From the IMG/VR virus record IMGVR_UViG_3300018420_000025, positions 1-52,665 of that record: a DNA stretch of 52,665 nt; one strand, given 5' to 3'. Origin of the DNA: a virus. Lineage: Duplodnaviria; Caudoviricetes. Position 1 is the stretch's first letter, and each line of letters opens with the position of its first letter. Below the pieces are notes generated by a model. The model did no database searches and was not told the DNA's origin. It saw only the letters and a program-made list of their open reading frames with translations. Position numbers and translations under genes: made by a program. Positions 48,319 to 52,665 of the stretch are shown piece after piece.

Positions 48319-48747
48319 TTAAATATTACCATTACCACCATTTGCTTCTACTTCCCAAGGAAAATCATGATCACCGGCTTCTTTTGCAACACCGTCTACT
48401 ATAATCATATCTTTACCATTAATAGTTTTTCTTGGATAAGTAATACCGTTATATTTAACAAAGTCATCACCATAAGCTAGCTTACCTATTTTCATATCAG
48501 TAGCATGACGCATCTCATGATTTACAACTTGTTTTTCTTCTTGACTACCAGGCTCTATGTTTTGATTTATATATATACTACCATCCATGTTAGCCTCACC
48601 CATTATACCTTGTCCTAATGGTTTTCTAATAACAGGTGTACCAGGAACAGACGCATCACTACCAGCTTCTTGGCCAAAGCGCATTTTAGAAGTTATATTG
48701 CCACCGTGCATATACGGAGTTCTATTTTTACCTAGTTTAAATCCCAT
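48319..48747 (-). CDS. Zincin-type metallopeptidase
   Basis: VVNHEMRH (HExxH) plus downstream PWEVEA third-ligand motif. Confidence 0.72.
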   Translation of the reverse strand: MGFKLGKNRTPYMHGGNITSKMRFGQEAGSDASVPGTPVIRKPLGQGIMGEANMDGSIYINQNIEPGSQEEKQVVNHEMRHATDMKIGKLAYGDDFVKYNGITYPRKTINGKDMIIVDGVAKEAGDHDFPWEVEANGGNGNI

Positions 48748-49187
48748 TATCTATCTTTATCTTTTATCATATCATCTATAGCTTTATTATAAACTTTATC
48801 TGTATATGATTTGTTATTAAAAAATATACTACGTTCAGATGTAGGCATATCTTCTTCACCTAAAAGTATTCTGTATATTCTACTTATCATTTGACTACAT
48901 TTAAAAGAAACTTTAAATACAGAGTATTTTATAGTTGTTCTATTTCTATGTCTCCATACTTCTATCCAACCATCTCTTCGTAATCTCTCCCAACGGTTTT
49001 TGTCCCATGAATATGTGTAAGTACCGTCTAAAAACTCTTGTCGTGTAAATCTTTTTTTACAATCTAAATAAATTAATAATTCTAAATCTGCATCTGTTAA
49101 CCCGTAAGTTTTACAGACCCACTTTCTTGTGAGCCTGTAATACTTAAGGATATTCATGTCACGCAGATCTTGCGCGGTTAATCGCAT
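48747..49187 (-). CDS. Winged-helix (MarR-like) putative DNA-binding protein
   Basis: YGLTDADLELLIYL...RLRRDGWIEV...YSVF helix-wing pattern. Confidence 0.5.
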   Translation of the reverse strand: MRLTAQDLRDMNILKYYRLTRKWVCKTYGLTDADLELLIYLDCKKRFTRQEFLDGTYTYSWDKNRWERLRRDGWIEVWRHRNRTTIKYSVFKVSFKCSQMISRIYRILLGEEDMPTSERSIFFNNKSYTDKVYNKAIDDMIKDKDR

Positions 49188-49190
49188 TTA

Positions 49191-49841
49191 CTAGTAACTA
49201 GATTCTGGTGTATATATTAAACCATCAATACCAAGACCATTGAGCTCTTTAGCTAGTCTTGTTTGTCCACCGTGACCATCAATAACAGTTACGATTCCAC
49301 CATGTTTATTTCCGTTAACAATAGCGTTAATACCATTAACAATATCTTGGTATTTAGCGTTGTCATGGTTAATTGCAACCACGTCATCTGTGCCATCATT
49401 TTTAAGAGATTTAAATCTTAAAGTAGTTTGTCCAGTTGCTGTAGCTTCTATACCTATTAAACTACTAGCAGGGTACATAAAGCTAGTTTCAAGACCTTGT
49501 TGAAAAGTAATAACTACTTTATCATCGTCTTCAAGAGTATAACCACTATCAGCATCTTCAGTAGAGTTATTTAAAGTAATAACGCTGTTAGAAGTTGTTT
49601 TAACCGCTCCGTTAGCTATTGACAATGTAAGCTCGCCACCAGCACCTGGATGTGAGTATGCTGAACCAATGTTAGAGTTAGCAGCGTCTTTTGGTATAAC
49701 TACTAAACTAGCTACCTCTGTAATACTGTCAATATCATCTCCACCTAATCCAGTTATAGTATTAAGTGCTTGTCCTACACCATCATTTTCACTAGTGAAA
49801 GTTGCTGGTCTAAATTTTCTAAAATATAAATAAGTTTCCAT
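49191..49841 (-). CDS. Hypothetical protein (paralog family B, with internal insertion)
   Basis: YLYF, MYPASSLIG, TLRF, DDVV, NGNKH, TVID motifs shared with the next two genes. Confidence 0.65.
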   Translation of the reverse strand: METYLYFRKFRPATFTSENDGVGQALNTITGLGGDDIDSITEVASLVVIPKDAANSNIGSAYSHPGAGGELTLSIANGAVKTTSNSVITLNNSTEDADSGYTLEDDDKVVITFQQGLETSFMYPASSLIGIEATATGQTTLRFKSLKNDGTDDVVAINHDNAKYQDIVNGINAIVNGNKHGGIVTVIDGHGGQTRLAKELNGLGIDGLIYTPESSY

Positions 49842-49842
49842 A

Positions 49843-50202
49843 TTATCCTGTTGTTATTGTCATTGCAGATATTTCAGATATACCAGTAGCACTTATTGCT
49901 CCTTCGTTAGAAGGTAAGTCACCGTTTAAATCTTTAATAACTGTAAAGTTGTTAGTATTATTTCTATTTCCGTTAGCTAGTTCAGCAAATTTATCACAAA
50001 CTGTTTTATGTTCACCGCTTGTAATAGTGCAAGAAACATCATCGTTTCCTGGTCCAGCGCCTTCTCTATCTTCGAAAAAGAATTCTAATGTTGTTACGTT
50101 TGTAGATACAGCCCCTAAGAATCTAGATCTTGGGAACATTATAGCATCTTTATCCGCGTCGTTATCTCCGTCTTTTGCGAAGAATAAATAATTTTCTGCC
50201 AT
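49843..50202 (-). CDS. Hypothetical protein (paralog family B)
   Basis: YLFF, MFPRSRFLG, LEFFF, DDVS, NGNRN, TVIKD. Confidence 0.65.
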   Translation of the reverse strand: MAENYLFFAKDGDNDADKDAIMFPRSRFLGAVSTNVTTLEFFFEDREGAGPGNDDVSCTITSGEHKTVCDKFAELANGNRNNTNNFTVIKDLNGDLPSNEGAISATGISEISAMTITTG

Positions 50203-50214
50203 TGTAATAATTTT

Positions 50215-50538
50215 TTATAGAGTAACAGCTTGAACGCCTGTTATATCTGGGTGAATATACTTGCCATCTACATCATCTGCTATTTCTACAACAGAACCAT
50301 GTCTTGGATGACCTCCTAATGAGTTTGCCAAAGCTTGAAAAACTCTTTTTTGCTCAACGCCTGCAGCTCCATCTGTAACGTTTAATGTAACTAAAGAAGT
50401 TCCAGTTGCAGCTCCATTTGTTTTTTCAAAATCTAATGTAATCTGACCAGCAGCTTGTACAATTGCTCCTCTAAATTTATCAGGGTTAATTGTTAAACCA
50501 GCTGTAACAGAATCCACAAATTTTACCATTGTTGCCAT
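50215..50538 (-). CDS. Hypothetical protein (paralog family B)
   Basis: INPDKFRGA, ITLDF, VVEIADD. Confidence 0.62.
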   Translation of the reverse strand: MATMVKFVDSVTAGLTINPDKFRGAIVQAAGQITLDFEKTNGAATGTSLVTLNVTDGAAGVEQKRVFQALANSLGGHPRHGSVVEIADDVDGKYIHPDITGVQAVTL

Positions 50539-50564
50539 AATTTGTTTTTTTTAATTAATAATTT

Positions 50565-50606
50565 GTTTTATGTTTTAAGTTTTAGGTTTTTGGATTATGG
50601 TTTAGG
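50565..50606. repeat. Six degenerate tandem heptamers (GTTTTAN)
   Basis: GTTTTAT GTTTTAA GTTTTAG GTTTTTG GATTATG GTTTAGG in the intergenic gap after groES. Confidence 0.6.
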
Positions 50607-50607
50607 C

Positions 50608-50865
50608 TTAATCTACTAGAACAACGTCTCTATCTTGAATAACTCTGTAAAGTTTATCATTAAATGAAATATCGTGTCCAGCATGTTTATCGTAATATAT
50701 CGTGTCTCCATCTTTTAATACTTCAACTAAATTACCACACGATATTATTTTTGCTTTTATATAACGGTTGTCTGCATCAGTATCATCCGTCATTATAAGA
50801 CCAGCAACCTTTTTAGGCTCTAGTTTTATTTTATCTACTATTATATATCTATTTACTGCCTTCAT
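50608..50865 (-). CDS. groES: Co-chaperonin GroES (Cpn10)
   Basis: MKAVNRYIIV, AGLIM mobile loop, LKDGDTIYY, YRVIQDRDVVLV; overlaps groEL. Confidence 0.85.
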   Translation of the reverse strand: MKAVNRYIIVDKIKLEPKKVAGLIMTDDTDADNRYIKAKIISCGNLVEVLKDGDTIYYDKHAGHDISFNDKLYRVIQDRDVVLVD

Positions 50866-52414
50866 TTACACGTATGTTTGAAATTACACAATCGGCAGAT
50901 ACTATAGTAGTTACAACAGAAACCGCATTTTTAAGTGCTGACTTAGTAACAAGCACTGGATCTATGATACCAGACTTAATCATATCAACACTTTCACCGG
51001 TAACTACATTAACACCTAAACCCTTTTTAGGGCGGGGTGCCACTTGTTCTAAACCAGCATTTGCTAATATAGTATCAAATGGTGCTTTAATAGCATTAAG
51101 TAGTATTTGTTCACCTACCGCGTCAGCGGTAATTTTTTGAGATGCGTTTAGTAGAGCTACACCACCACCTGGCACTATACCTTCTTGCAGCGCTGCTTTT
51201 GTAGCATATATTGCATCTTCAACTCTATCTTTCTTTTCTTTCATCTCAACTTTAGAGTTAGCACCTACCATAACTACACCTACGCTACCTGATAGCATTG
51301 CTAATCTTTGTTGGTGTTTCTTCTTTAAAAAAGGATTTTTATCTTCTTTATCAATTAACTTCTGTATAGACTTAACTCTTTCCTCTAGTTGTTCTTCTGG
51401 TGCATCTATAGTTAACACTGTATTTTTATCATTAGTTATAGCTGTATGCGCTTCACCTAAACAATCTATATCTATTAAATCAAGATCATCACCTAGTTCT
51501 TCGTTTATTACTTTAGCACCAACTAAAAATGCAAAATCATCACATGTATCTAGTTTAGTAGGACCAAAGCCTGGTAAATCAATTATATTTACTTTGATGT
51601 TACCTTTTACTTTGTTCATAAGTAGTGCAGCTTTAACTTGCTGTTCTACTGGAGCAACTATTAATAACGATCTTTTGTTCTTTATAACATGTTCTAATAC
51701 CTTTTGTATCTTACGTATGTTAGGTATTTCCGATGTAACGATCAATACTAACGGATTATCAAGCTCACAAACTTGTTTATCTTTATCGGTAACAAAGTGT
51801 GGTGATGTAAGTCCTGAATCTACTTGTACGCCGTCAACTACCTCGACGTATGTTTCTTCAGTTGGAGACTCTTCCATTAATACCACACCATCTTTACCTA
51901 CTTTAGTATAAGCCTCTGCTATAATCTTTCCTAGTTCGCTATCGTTATTACAACTAATCGAACTAACAGATTCCAGCATATCGCCCTCGATCTTGACAGA
52001 AGTCTTATCTAGGTATTCATTTACTTTTTTAAGTCCAGAATTTATACCGTCTTTTATTTCTCTAACAGTAGTATTACTATTATTTACTTCTTTTAGTAAA
52101 GATTCAGCAAGGACAGTAGCTGTAGTAGTACCGTCACCTGCTTCTCTTACTGTATTTCTAGCAGCTTCTTTAATAAGGGTTGCACCCATATTTTCAACCG
52201 GGTCAAACAAGACAACAGATTCTGCTACTGTTACACCGTCTTTTGTTATTACCGGTAAACCACGCGCATCTTCGTAAATAACACACTTACCAGATGCTCC
52301 TAAGGTTGATTTTACTGCTTTTGCTAGCTTTTCTACGCCAGCTATTACCTTGTTTTTAGCGTTTTCGCCGAAATTTACATCCTTAACGAACTCGCTAGGC
52401 TGATTATATTCCAT
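50849..52414 (-). CDS. groEL: Chaperonin GroEL (Cpn60)
   Basis: VKSTLG, ITKDGVTVA, AGDGTTTATVLA, GIVPGGG, GIIDP; no GGM tail. Confidence 0.96.
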   Translation of the reverse strand: MEYNQPSEFVKDVNFGENAKNKVIAGVEKLAKAVKSTLGASGKCVIYEDARGLPVITKDGVTVAESVVLFDPVENMGATLIKEAARNTVREAGDGTTTATVLAESLLKEVNNSNTTVREIKDGINSGLKKVNEYLDKTSVKIEGDMLESVSSISCNNDSELGKIIAEAYTKVGKDGVVLMEESPTEETYVEVVDGVQVDSGLTSPHFVTDKDKQVCELDNPLVLIVTSEIPNIRKIQKVLEHVIKNKRSLLIVAPVEQQVKAALLMNKVKGNIKVNIIDLPGFGPTKLDTCDDFAFLVGAKVINEELGDDLDLIDIDCLGEAHTAITNDKNTVLTIDAPEEQLEERVKSIQKLIDKEDKNPFLKKKHQQRLAMLSGSVGVVMVGANSKVEMKEKKDRVEDAIYATKAALQEGIVPGGGVALLNASQKITADAVGEQILLNAIKAPFDTILANAGLEQVAPRPKKGLGVNVVTGESVDMIKSGIIDPVLVTKSALKNAVSVVTTIVSADCVISNIRVNEGSK

Positions 52415-52443
52415 ATTTGATTAAATTTAATTAAATTGTACTT

Positions 52444-52665
52444 CTATTCGAATGTTTTTACCACTTTTGGGCCTTTTGTAGCCTCTAATTTTTTAGAGAA
52501 ATGGTCGATGCTGCCATCAATTGCTGCTTCTGCACCTTCTATGGTTTCTCTACGCGTAACATCATGCCAATTTTTATCATTTTCTGGATCATTTACTTCA
52601 GTTTGATAAAAACCGTTAGGTAATTGTGTAATTCTCCAATTACTTTTGTCAGCTAGATGCTTCCA
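52444..52665 (-). CDS. Hypothetical protein, 5'-truncated by the window edge (absent from ORF track)
   Basis: Open frame WKHLADKSNWRITQLPNGFYQTE...DVTRRETIEGAEAAIDGSIDHF...VVKTFE-stop. Confidence 0.7.
   Translation of the reverse strand, partial: WKHLADKSNWRITQLPNGFYQTEVNDPENDKNWHDVTRRETIEGAEAAIDGSIDHFSKKLEATKGPKVVKTFE

Noticed and set aside
22259-52277. Many short plus-strand and alternate-frame ORFs inside long genes (e.g. 22259-22771, 27489-27971, 50874-51140)
   Set aside because: Fully overlap well-supported minus-strand genes, lack motifs and show antisense codon bias
50608-52414. groEL/groES as host chromosomal DNA flanking a prophage
   Set aside because: Order is groEL then groES, the sequences are divergent, there is no GGM tail, and they are co-oriented and contiguous with phage genes on both sides
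1-52665. Stop-codon reassignment as in some crAss-like phages
   Set aside because: Long genes are intact under code 11, coding density is near complete, and TAG and TGA both act as stops
1-52665. tRNA, rRNA, integrase, transposase, intron or intein
   Set aside because: Intergenic gaps are too short and no such motifs were seen by eye; RNR and terminase appear uninterrupted

Overview
This 52.7 kb AT-rich window is part of a tailed dsDNA bacteriophage genome, most likely a podovirus-like phage of a Bacteroidota (Flavobacteriia-type) host. Host evidence: no Shine-Dalgarno motifs, signal peptides followed by Gln, and a T9SS-like C-terminal domain. The + strand holds only the 3' part of a class II ribonucleotide reductase and a small outer-membrane beta-barrel gene, ending at a terminator near 2.13 kb. 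Everything else is one long minus-strand region. In transcription order it contains: groEL/groES, three paralogous small proteins, a winged-helix-like protein, a zincin, a 3TM holin, a second GroES-like protein, terminase, portal, scaffold, major capsid, adaptor/ring proteins, a 2832-aa tail protein with Cys-rich repeats, a 1393-aa DUF1566-tipped protein, probable ejected proteins (including a 2561-aa protein with zincin, PD-(D/E)xK and HAD motifs), an exported/outer-membrane gene group, a cluster of tiny Lys/Arg-rich proteins with a PAP2 phosphatase, a secreted repeat protein, small beta-rich paralogs and an M15 endolysin. The best candidate for an undescribed system is a phage-encoded cell-surface module: a T9SS-type cargo sharing its repeat with the virion tail, two beta-barrels, a CxxC-less exported thioredoxin fold and a membrane-anchored coiled coil. 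The second candidate is a set of small basic proteins that share short N-terminal tags. All calls come from reading motifs by eye; no searches were run.
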